Positions 22,950 through 31,302 of a stretch of 32,000 nt of DNA are shown here, one piece after another. The position numbers and the translations under genes were made by a program. This stretch comes from Sedimentisphaera cyanobacteriorum (GTDB taxonomy: Bacteria > Planctomycetota > Phycisphaerae > Sedimentisphaerales > Sedimentisphaeraceae). The notes under the pieces were generated by a model. It ran no database searches. It was not told the DNA's origin and saw nothing but the letters and a program-made list of their open reading frames with translations. Numbering within the stretch: the first letter of the stretch is position 1; every line of letters begins with the position of its first letter. The stretch is taken from the NCBI RefSeq assembly GCF_001997385.1, contig NZ_CP019633.1, forward strand, positions 750,001 to 782,000. The letters are read 5' to 3'.

Positions 22950-23969
22950 TTACTGCTGCTGGGCTGCTGAGCTTTTAGCGTTTCTGTCTTTTTGAGTCTT
23001 CTGATTAGCTGGGTTTTTCGGGCTTATGCTCTGGTTTTTAACCACCTCAGAAGCGGTTTTGATAAACCCTGAAATATCCGCAAGGTCGCTTGGTATTATC
23101 ATAGTATTGTTAGTTTTGGCAAGCCGGCCGAATTCGCCGATGTACTGCTCAGCAATGCGAAGATTAACCGCATCAGCTCCGCCGGGCTCGTTTATAGCGG
23201 TAGAAATCATCTTGAGGCCTTCGGATGTGGCCTTGGCAACAAGCTTGATCTCTGAGGCCCTTCCCGCTGCCTCATTGATCCGCTTCATTTTCTCGCCTTC
23301 ACTGAGGCTTATAGACTCCTGCTTAACGCCTTCAGCTCGGTTGATCTTTGCCTGTCTCTGCCCTTCGGATTCGGCTATCATAGCCCTCTTCTCACGCTCA
23401 GCACGCATTTGTTTTTCCATTGCATCCTTGATGCTCTGGGGCGGGATAATATTTTTTACTTCATATCTTGTTACCTTAACGCCCCAAGGATCTGAAGCAT
23501 TATCAACAGCATCAACAATTGTCTGATTTATCTCCTCCCGAACCTCGAAAGTTTTGTCGAGTTCGAGTTTGCCTATAACGCTTCTCATAGTTGTCTGAGC
23601 GAGCTGGATTGAGGCAAAATGATAATTGTCAATTCCGTAAGATGCTTTCACCGCATCGATAACACGAAGATAAAGTACGCCGTCAACCTCAACGGAAATG
23701 TTGTCTTTGGTAATACACTGCTGAGGGGGAACATCAATTGCCTGTTCCTTGAGCGTATGTTTATAGGCCACCTTGTCGATAAACGGGATAAGAATATGAA
23801 AGCCTGCGCTGAGTGTTTTTTTGTATTTTCCGAGGGTTTCAATTAGAAATGCAGTTTTCTGAGGAACCACCCGTGCTGTTTTGATAAGTGCAATAACAAC
23901 CAGAATCCCAAAGAGAAATGCAATGATTCCGCCTACTGATATTTCTGCTATGATAATTGAACCTGACAT
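22950..23969 (-). CDS. SPFH/band-7 (stomatin/paraslipin-like) membrane protein
   Basis: N-terminal TM helix. SPFH core: VVPQKTAFLIETLGKYKKTLSAGFHILIPFIDKV...DVPPQQCITKDNISVEVDGVLYLRV. A coiled-coil region rich in A/E/R/K follows. RBS AGGAG precedes the ATG at 23969. Confidence 0.88.
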   Translation of the reverse strand: MSGSIIIAEISVGGIIAFLFGILVVIALIKTARVVPQKTAFLIETLGKYKKTLSAGFHILIPFIDKVAYKHTLKEQAIDVPPQQCITKDNISVEVDGVLYLRVIDAVKASYGIDNYHFASIQLAQTTMRSVIGKLELDKTFEVREEINQTIVDAVDNASDPWGVKVTRYEVKNIIPPQSIKDAMEKQMRAEREKRAMIAESEGQRQAKINRAEGVKQESISLSEGEKMKRINEAAGRASEIKLVAKATSEGLKMISTAINEPGGADAVNLRIAEQYIGEFGRLAKTNNTMIIPSDLADISGFIKTASEVVKNQSISPKNPANQKTQKDRNAKSSAAQQQ

Positions 23970-23991
23970 TTAAGCTTTCTCCTGTAAAAAA

Positions 23992-24468
23992 CTATTTGCC
24001 TGCCTTTTTAACAATTAGAGTAAGGTTTTTGTGAGAGATTATCTCAGCATATTCACCTTCTTTTATCCTCTCGCTGCTCTCAGCATTCCACACACTTCCC
24101 TGAAACTCAACTTTGCCAATCAGTCCTGGTTTTATTTCCTTGGAAACCTTTACAGTTTTGCCGGTAAAATCGTCTTCATTAAAGTCGTTGAGGCCGCCGC
24201 TTTGCTGGTCGCCGTAGAACATACGCTTGGCATATTTTCTCAGAAAAATAAGGCTCAAAACTGAAAACGCTGTAAACATTATCATTTGAGCAGTGAAGCC
24301 TACGGTAACAAATCCGGATACCAGCTGAGTGATTATTGCTGTAAGGATTGCACCTATTCCGAAAAACACTACGATAAAACCAGGGAAGGAAAATTCAAGA
24401 AAAATCAGAACTATTCCAGCTACCATCCAGAGGAAAAAGGGGTCTGTAAAATTGCTGAGCCAATCCAC
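23992..24468 (-). CDS. NfeD-family membrane protein (partner of the SPFH protein)
   Basis: 158 aa. Three or four N-terminal TM helices and a C-terminal OB-fold-like segment: GKTVKVSKEIKPGLIGKVEFQGSVWNAES...GEYAEIISHKNLTLIV. Lies directly upstream of the SPFH gene, the classic nfeD-stomatin pair. GTG start. Confidence 0.82.
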   Translation of the reverse strand: MDWLSNFTDPFFLWMVAGIVLIFLEFSFPGFIVVFFGIGAILTAIITQLVSGFVTVGFTAQMIMFTAFSVLSLIFLRKYAKRMFYGDQQSGGLNDFNEDDFTGKTVKVSKEIKPGLIGKVEFQGSVWNAESSERIKEGEYAEIISHKNLTLIVKKAGK

Positions 24469-24548
24469 TTTTTATACCTTTAGAATAAAAATCAATCTTT
24501 ATCTGCATGCAATATTAACATAAGGCCAAACAAATATCTATAAAAATT

Positions 24549-27500
24549 CTAATTTTTTCGTGCATTTTTTGCTGTAAAAATAGACCAATGAATGTCCTCT
24601 ATTATCATATATAGAGAGGGGACAAGTATCAAGGTGATGCAGGTTGCAAAGAGTACACCGAAAGCAAGGCTGACAGCCATCGGAATCAGAAACTGCGCTT
24701 GCAGAGACTGCTCAAGAATCATTGGTACAAGGCCGAAAAAGGTGGTTAATGTGGTTAGCAGGATAGGACGCAGCCTGCTTGCGGCAGAGTCTATAACCGC
24801 CTGATAAAGGGTTAAGCCGTTTTTTCGTTCTCTGTTAATCAGGTCTATAAGGATAAGCGAATCATTCACCACTATCCCTGTAAGCGCAACTATGCCGAAT
24901 GTGCTCATAAGTGATAGATCAAAGCCCATCAGTAAATGCCCTGCAACAGCACCTATAATCCCGAACGGAATTGCGCTCATCACGATAACCGGCTGGATAT
25001 AGCTCCTGAACTGCACAGCTATAAGTGAATAGATCCCGAAAAAGGCATAAATAAAACCCTTCCCAAGGCTCGACATACTCTCATTCATTGATTTTTGCTC
25101 ACCCTCCACATCATACGTGAGGTTGGGGTAGTCTTTTCCCATATTCGGAAGGATTGTGCTGAATATGTAGTTGTTAACCTCCTGTGAATTCGCCTCGAGC
25201 GGGTCAACATCCGCGCTTACAGTAATCGTGCGCTGTCTGTTGGAGCGGTTGATCTGTGAATAGCCTCTTCCGTATTCTATATTTGCAGCAGTTTCGAATG
25301 GTATCTGCCTTGAGTCCGGAGTTTTTATCATTACGTCTTTAATGTCCCTGAGAGTGGTTCTTTTCTCGTACGGGTATCTGAGCATAATGCGAACCTCATC
25401 CTTTTGCCTTTGAATCCTCTGCACTTCATCCCCGTAAAAGCCCTGTCGTGCCTGAACCGCAATGTCTGCCAAGGTTAGTCCGGCATCTCTTCCCTCACGT
25501 GAGAGAGAAAGCTTAATCTCCCTTTTGCCTTGTTCGAAGTTGTCTTTAATATCCTTCACGCCCGGTATCTGAGATATTCGTTTTTGGAAAATTTCAACGG
25601 ATGTTTTAAGCCTCTCAAAATCCCTGTTTCCAAGTTCTATCTTTACAGCATCACCAGCGTCCTGCATAGTATAGTTATACTCAATAGAATTCAGGCCCGG
25701 TATCAAACCTACATTTTCACGCCATCTGTTTACAAATTCCTTCGAGGAAATACTCCTTTGCTCAGCGCTGAGCAGCTCTACCTCCACTACAGCGAGATGA
25801 GATGAAGCAGAACTGTCAGATATTTGAGGGCCGGGAGAATTGTCTACAATCTGAGATTTTCCTACAATAGTGGTTATATATTTTACCAGCGATTTTTCCG
25901 ATTGGGATTTCTCAGTCAGCTCGGAGGCTGTTTTTCTGCCGGCCTTTTCTACTGTAGCTGCAGCATTCTGAGTTTTTTCAGAAGGCGTTCCAACGGGCAT
26001 TTCTATAGAAACGCTAACCGTATCTGAATCAACGGAAGGGAAAAAAGTGTATTTTATATAGCCTGCTCGAATTACCGCGAATGTAATAATCAAAACAAAC
26101 AGGCTGCAGGCCATAGTAACGTATCGCCAGCTTATTATTCTTGCAATAAAGCTTTTGAAAACCCCTTGAGAAAATTTCTCGTGGGAGCTGTCTATGAGCT
26201 TTCTGAGCCTTCCGGGTCTGTCTCGGCCTGTTTTTTTCATTGAAGCATCGAGATGGGCAGGCAGGATAAGAAGAGATTCCACCAATGATATGGCAAGAAC
26301 GGATATAACCACTATTGGAATAACTCGAAGTATCCGTCCCATTATCCCGATTGTAAACATCATTGGCAGGAACGCTACTATTGTCGTTAGAACAGCTATA
26401 GTAACGGGGCTGGCCATCTCTTTTGCGCCCTGTACAGCGGCCTTTGCGGCAGGCACACCTTTCTGGTGCAGCGCATGGATATTCTCTCCTACAACGATAG
26501 CATCATCTACAACTATACCCAAACATATTATAAAGGCAAACAGAGAAAGCATATCTATCGAAACGCCGAGAAAAGATAAGATAATCATCCCGCCCATAAA
26601 CGAGATCGGTATCCCGAGGGTTGTCCAAAACGAGAGCCTTATATTCAGCGAGATTAGAAGACAGATGAATACGAGTATCAAACCGTTTCTGCCGTTGTTG
26701 AGCAGGAGGCTGAGCCTTGAACGCAGATGCACAGAATAATCGTTGTATGTCTGCATGCTAATTCCGGCGGCCAGAGAGCCTCGGTTTTTCTCTACGTAAT
26801 GCTCAACTTCTGCAGCTATATCTACAGCATCCTGCCTGCCTACTCTGCCAACCTCCACAAGCACAGCAGGCTCTCCGTTGAACCGTGTGATCATGGGGGT
26901 TTCTTCAAAGCCGTCTATAACCTCCCCTAGCTCAGAGAGGCGCAGGACGCTGCCGTCCTTATTGGTTTTAACGATTATATCCTCGAATTCTTCGCCTGAG
27001 TACATCTGTCCCTGAGTGCGGATTAGTATTTCCCCGCTGCGGGTTTCTATAGAACCTCCCGGAACATCAATTGAAGACTCAGCTATAACTCTGCTGATTT
27101 GCCTAAACGTGAGGTTGTATTTTCGAAGCATCTTTTCTGATACTTCAATCGATATTTCGTAGGGAGGAGCCCCTTTAATGCTGCATTGGGTAATCGTTTC
27201 GCTGTCTAAAAGGTCGTCGCGAATCTCTTCGCCGATTTTTCTCAGCGATTTCTGAGATGCCTGTCCGTAAACCATTACAGTTACGATATGGTCGGATTGG
27301 TCAACCTCAGATATCTCCGGCTTTTCAGCTTCTTCAGGGAATGTCCTTATTCGGTCAACTTCTTTTTTTATCTCATCGAGCATCTCGCTTGTATCAGCGA
27401 AATCTTCCAGCTCTACAAGCACCCAGCCCAGACCTTCCGAGGCCGTGGAATACACCTTCTTGATGTCTTCCAGCCCCGAAACCGCTTCCTCTAAAGGAAG

Positions 27501-27704
27501 GCAAATCCCTGTTTCAACTTCTTCAGGCGAAGCTCCGAGATACTGAACCGATATTGTGATCATCTTGTTGTCTATATCAGGGAAGATCTCAAGATTGCTT
27601 GTTAGAGACGCTGCAATCCCTCCGCCTATTATTACAAACATAAGCAGATTCGCTGCTACGTGATTTCCCGCAAACCAGCCTATAAGCCCTTTACGTGAAT
27701 CCAT
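24549..27704 (-). CDS. RND efflux transporter, inner-membrane permease subunit (AcrB/AcrD/AcrF superfamily)
   Basis: About 1051 aa with the 12-TM, two-large-loop architecture. Contains the TM4 proton-relay block LGIVVDDAIVVGENIH. I prefer the ATG at 27704-27702, which shares 1 nt with the adaptor gene's TGA, over the track's TTG at 27707. Confidence 0.9.
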   Translation of the reverse strand: MDSRKGLIGWFAGNHVAANLLMFVIIGGGIAASLTSNLEIFPDIDNKMITISVQYLGASPEEVETGICLPLEEAVSGLEDIKKVYSTASEGLGWVLVELEDFADTSEMLDEIKKEVDRIRTFPEEAEKPEISEVDQSDHIVTVMVYGQASQKSLRKIGEEIRDDLLDSETITQCSIKGAPPYEISIEVSEKMLRKYNLTFRQISRVIAESSIDVPGGSIETRSGEILIRTQGQMYSGEEFEDIIVKTNKDGSVLRLSELGEVIDGFEETPMITRFNGEPAVLVEVGRVGRQDAVDIAAEVEHYVEKNRGSLAAGISMQTYNDYSVHLRSRLSLLLNNGRNGLILVFICLLISLNIRLSFWTTLGIPISFMGGMIILSFLGVSIDMLSLFAFIICLGIVVDDAIVVGENIHALHQKGVPAAKAAVQGAKEMASPVTIAVLTTIVAFLPMMFTIGIMGRILRVIPIVVISVLAISLVESLLILPAHLDASMKKTGRDRPGRLRKLIDSSHEKFSQGVFKSFIARIISWRYVTMACSLFVLIITFAVIRAGYIKYTFFPSVDSDTVSVSIEMPVGTPSEKTQNAAATVEKAGRKTASELTEKSQSEKSLVKYITTIVGKSQIVDNSPGPQISDSSASSHLAVVEVELLSAEQRSISSKEFVNRWRENVGLIPGLNSIEYNYTMQDAGDAVKIELGNRDFERLKTSVEIFQKRISQIPGVKDIKDNFEQGKREIKLSLSREGRDAGLTLADIAVQARQGFYGDEVQRIQRQKDEVRIMLRYPYEKRTTLRDIKDVMIKTPDSRQIPFETAANIEYGRGYSQINRSNRQRTITVSADVDPLEANSQEVNNYIFSTILPNMGKDYPNLTYDVEGEQKSMNESMSSLGKGFIYAFFGIYSLIAVQFRSYIQPVIVMSAIPFGIIGAVAGHLLMGFDLSLMSTFGIVALTGIVVNDSLILIDLINRERKNGLTLYQAVIDSAASRLRPILLTTLTTFFGLVPMILEQSLQAQFLIPMAVSLAFGVLFATCITLILVPSLYMIIEDIHWSIFTAKNARKN

Positions 27705-28879
27705 CAATCCTGCTCCGATTGTTTTTTCTGACTTTCCATAGGATTGATTTTCATTCCGTCAACTGGGGAATCAATCATACTGGTAATTATCTTCTCTCCG
27801 TCTTCCAGGCCTTTGGATATATATGCATATTTTCTGTCTATTCGAAGGACATCAACTTTTCTGATCTCGAGCCTGTTTTTCGGAGCTGCCACCCAAACCT
27901 CTTTCATATTATGAACAGCTGTGGATGGTACTGCCGCGATATTCTTTATTTCGTCTCCGATGAAACTCGCCTTAACAAACATTCCGGGAAGAGGGGTTAG
28001 CCCTGAATCCTTAAAGCCTTCTTTATTAAGCTCAACAATTACAGTAACCATTCGCGTCGACGGGTTTACCATGCCGGCATTTCTGGCAGCCCGACCATTC
28101 CAAATATATTTTTTGCCGGCATATTCAGCTTCAATTTCCACCTTGCCTGCGTTTTCTCCCCCAACAGCGAACCACTGCAGGTCTTCATCTCTCAGCGGGA
28201 CTTCCACATTGAAAATCTCTGTAGAATAAACTCTCGCTGCCGGCTCGCCGGGAGCTATGTATTCGCCTGCCTCTTTGAATTTCTCAGTAACGATTCCGTC
28301 GAAAGGTATTGAAATTTGAGTCCTGTTGAGGTCGAGTTTGGCTTTTTCCAGTCTTGCTTTTGCACTTTCAAGGGCAGCCTCTGCCTCATTAACCTGAGGA
28401 ATCCTCAATACAAGCGGGTTAGATGGCTCTTTATTCGGGTGAAGCTCTCTCCATTCTCTTTTGGCCACGTCAGCCTGAGCAAGCTCCTTGTCTAGCTTAA
28501 CCTTTGCAGCTGCCACGGAAGCCTTTGCTGTTTCAAGGGCGATTTCGTAATCCCGCTGGTCTATCTCAAGCAGAACAGACCCTTTCTGAAAACTTTCGCC
28601 CTCGTTTATCTCAAAGCTGGTTATCTTTCCGGGCACTTCGCTGACGATTTGCGATGATGTTTCCGGCACAACATTTCCGTAATTATCAATAATTACAGGC
28701 GTGTCTTTGAGCTTTGCAACTGCTGTCTCAACTGTAGGGATCAGTTTAGGAGCCTTTTCAGGCTGGATTTTTTCCCTGCTCTTGAAAATAATATACGCAC
28801 CGAGACCCGCTGCTGCAAGAATCAGAAGGAATAAAACTGCCTGAGCAGCCGGTCTTACAGCTTTTTCCTTATTTTGCAT
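27704..28879 (-). CDS. RND efflux periplasmic adaptor (membrane fusion protein)
   Basis: N-terminal anchor AVLFLLILAAAGLGAYIIF. Has the lipoyl / alpha-hairpin / beta-barrel layout, with hairpin helices ALETAKASVAAAKVKLDKELAQADVAKREW and EAEAALESAKARLEKAKLDLNRT. Translationally coupled to the RND gene. Confidence 0.88.
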   Translation of the reverse strand: MQNKEKAVRPAAQAVLFLLILAAAGLGAYIIFKSREKIQPEKAPKLIPTVETAVAKLKDTPVIIDNYGNVVPETSSQIVSEVPGKITSFEINEGESFQKGSVLLEIDQRDYEIALETAKASVAAAKVKLDKELAQADVAKREWRELHPNKEPSNPLVLRIPQVNEAEAALESAKARLEKAKLDLNRTQISIPFDGIVTEKFKEAGEYIAPGEPAARVYSTEIFNVEVPLRDEDLQWFAVGGENAGKVEIEAEYAGKKYIWNGRAARNAGMVNPSTRMVTVIVELNKEGFKDSGLTPLPGMFVKASFIGDEIKNIAAVPSTAVHNMKEVWVAAPKNRLEIRKVDVLRIDRKYAYISKGLEDGEKIITSMIDSPVDGMKINPMESQKKQSEQD

Positions 28880-28899
28880 TTCCGCAGCCTCGCTTAGAT

Positions 28900-30309
28900 T
28901 TATTTGTCATTATTTTTCATCTCCCAATTACCGCCAAGGGCAAGATGAAGATTGCATCTGTTTACCCAAATCTGACCTATCATATAATTAACCTGAAACT
29001 CCGTATTCCGCCTGCGTCTCTCAGTCTGAAGCAGGGCGGTAAAAGGCGCAAGACCTGAGTTGTATTCACGTTTGATGCTTCTTTCAGCCTTCTCTGCCTG
29101 CTTGAGGCTTTCCTTGAGATGTTTTAGCTGGGTGTTATAAAGACGCTCCTGCAGCAGAAGTGTTTCCACCTCTTTCAACGCATCGAGAAAAGATTTTGAA
29201 TACTCGAAGGCAAGTTCTTCCACTCTCGCACGATTGTATTTCACCGCTGCCTTCAGCCTTCCGCCTTCAAACAGAGGCTGGGTGATATTAGCTGCGAGAG
29301 AGTAAACTGAATTGCTGCTTTCCAAAAGACCGGAAAAGTCATCGGACAGCCTGCCGCCGGAGGCCGTAAGGGATATTTGCGGATACATATCAGCAATGCT
29401 TACATTCAAATCCTGAACCGACGCTGAAAGCCTGCGCCTGCCTGCCCGAAGGTCAGGTCTGCGGTCAAGAAGGCTGGCGGGTATCATATCTGAAATCTTC
29501 GCAGGCTCAGGAAGTCCTATAGAATCGCCTTTAAGCTCGGTGCTGCCCGGAGCGCGTCCGAGGATTATATCAAGCGAATAAAGGTAGTCCTTGAGCTGCT
29601 TTTCGTAATCAGATGTCTCAGAATTCACTGAAGCCAAGTTTTGTCTTGCAAGATATACCTCAGAGATATTCGATACTCCGTTTCGGTATCTTCTTTCGAC
29701 TGTGCGAACAGTTTTCTGCCAGCTGTCTGCATTTTGCCTGCTGACAGTCAGCTGCATTTTTGCCACAACCGAAAGAGCCCTTAATTTTACCGTGCTCGAT
29801 ACCACTGAATGCATAACTGCCAGACGGCTCTCTACACTGGCCAAATATCTTTGAAGAGCAGCCTGCTCACCCGAAGCCTGCTTGCCGAAAAGATCCAGAA
29901 GATAGTTGATTCGAAGCCCTGCCTGAAGGTTGTCTGACGGTTTGTATGCCGGCATTTCTTTTCCTCTTGAGGCGGACAGCTCCAGCTTAGCATAAGGCCA
30001 GTCCTGAGAGGCCTGAATGTTGAGGTTTTCCTTTGCCTGCTTAACCCTTGAAAATGCTGATTTAATGCTCAAATTATTCTCTAAGGCCGCTTGAACTAAC
30101 CGGTTAGTTTCTGGGTCTTTAAACTGCTGCCACCATTTACCAGACCATTTCTCGTATCTGCTCTCAGCATTGGAAAAGTTTTCCGGATTATTTATAAATT
30201 CATTCGGCACATCAGGGGAATACTTTTTCCTGCTGTAGTCTTCTCCGACCGTGCAGCCGGCAATCATTATAGCGTATAAAAGCAAAAATATGTTTAACAA
30301 TTTACTCAT
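28900..30309 (-). CDS. Outer-membrane efflux factor lipoprotein (NodT/TolC family)
   Basis: Lipobox MIAGC|T. 469 aa with two TolC-like repeats rich in coiled-coil helices. Ends ...RCNLHLALGGNW, a typical outer membrane factor C-terminus. Its start overlaps the upstream gene's stop (ATGA at 30309-30306). Confidence 0.85.
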   Translation of the reverse strand: MSKLLNIFLLLYAIMIAGCTVGEDYSRKKYSPDVPNEFINNPENFSNAESRYEKWSGKWWQQFKDPETNRLVQAALENNLSIKSAFSRVKQAKENLNIQASQDWPYAKLELSASRGKEMPAYKPSDNLQAGLRINYLLDLFGKQASGEQAALQRYLASVESRLAVMHSVVSSTVKLRALSVVAKMQLTVSRQNADSWQKTVRTVERRYRNGVSNISEVYLARQNLASVNSETSDYEKQLKDYLYSLDIILGRAPGSTELKGDSIGLPEPAKISDMIPASLLDRRPDLRAGRRRLSASVQDLNVSIADMYPQISLTASGGRLSDDFSGLLESSNSVYSLAANITQPLFEGGRLKAAVKYNRARVEELAFEYSKSFLDALKEVETLLLQERLYNTQLKHLKESLKQAEKAERSIKREYNSGLAPFTALLQTERRRRNTEFQVNYMIGQIWVNRCNLHLALGGNWEMKNNDK

Positions 30310-31193
30310 AGCGTATTTTTATCCCTCAGCAGGGTTACAATGCTTATTTCACCAGGACAGTTCAGCCTTGCCGTGAGCCTGCTGCTGCCTGCGCCAGCGG
30401 TAGTTATTCCGACAAGATTTTTGTATTTCCATTGCCCTCTGGCGTACCGCATAGGAGCCCGGCAGTTTGTATAAACGGGGATGCCGCTTGGAAGGCAAAA
30501 CTGCCCGGCATGCGTATGCCCTGCAAGCATAAGAGCAAAACCTGCCTGCTGAGCCCTTGAATAATAGTTGGGGTTATGGCAGAGCAGTATTCTGAATGCG
30601 TCCGGAGCTTCTATCGAGCTTATCATAGCGTCCCAGTCGTCATTGTGCAAGTTGTGGTGGTCTCCAAGCCCTGCAACGCAGATCTTCTCTCCCGTCGGTG
30701 ATTCAATCAATGCTGAGCTGTTTATAAGCATTCCGGCACCAGCCTTTTCAAGATGCTCTGCTATAAAAAGTGAGTCGTGATTACCGAGAATAGAATGAAT
30801 TACGGCTTTTTTACCCTTTATTTCTTCAAGAAGAGAGTTCATAAACCTGCAAACCCATACGGGAAATTCCCCGTCTCCCCAAGCATAATCGCCGCCTAAA
30901 AAACAATAGTCAAAATCGAGTGATTTTATTATCTCCATAACTTTATCATGAAAGCCCTCTCTGCCCGGATAATGGATGTCTGCAAGAAAGAGAATTCTCT
31001 TTCCTGAAAATGATTTCGGCAGATTGGAAAAAGCAAGATTGTAACTGCGAACTTTGATGTTGAAATAATCTTTTCGAGCACGATTCCAAAACCTTGCAGC
31101 TTTGAGGATTCTCATTGCAGTGATGTCCTCAATATCTGCATTAATCATACCGGGTTCTTTATTATTTAAAAAATTCAAGACATACCTTTTCAA
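30306..31193 (-). CDS. Calcineurin-like metallophosphoesterase (YaeI-like)
   Basis: The full motif set is present: LADIHYPG (DxH), LGGDYAWG (GD), LGNHDS (GNHD), LLCHNP (H), AGHTHAGQ (GHxH). The start is uncertain: TTG at 31193 as in the track, or ATG at 31148. Neither has a good SD. Confidence 0.85.
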   Translation of the reverse strand: MKRYVLNFLNNKEPGMINADIEDITAMRILKAARFWNRARKDYFNIKVRSYNLAFSNLPKSFSGKRILFLADIHYPGREGFHDKVMEIIKSLDFDYCFLGGDYAWGDGEFPVWVCRFMNSLLEEIKGKKAVIHSILGNHDSLFIAEHLEKAGAGMLINSSALIESPTGEKICVAGLGDHHNLHNDDWDAMISSIEAPDAFRILLCHNPNYYSRAQQAGFALMLAGHTHAGQFCLPSGIPVYTNCRAPMRYARGQWKYKNLVGITTAGAGSSRLTARLNCPGEISIVTLLRDKNTL

Positions 31194-31224
31194 TACAGCA
31201 GAGCTTTAATAAATTTGCAAAAGA

Positions 31225-31252
31225 ATTATACGCAACCATCAGGCTTGTTCAA
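31225..31252 (-). promoter_or_regulatory. Putative promoter for the minus-strand phosphoesterase/RND run
   Basis: On the minus strand: TTGAAC (31252-31247), 16-nt spacer, consensus TATAAT (31230-31225), about 30 nt upstream of the TTG at 31193. Confidence 0.4.
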
Positions 31253-31265
31253 CGATTAACAACGA

Positions 31266-31293
31266 TTGATTCTGTCTAAAATAATAGTATAAT
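31266..31293 (+). promoter_or_regulatory. Putative promoter of tsaC, placed so that the mRNA would be leaderless
   Basis: TTGATT (31266-31271), 16-nt spacer, consensus TATAAT (31288-31293). The ATG at 31303 begins 9 nt after the -10 hexamer and has no SD sequence. Confidence 0.45.
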
Positions 31294-31302
31294 AATAATT
31301 CT

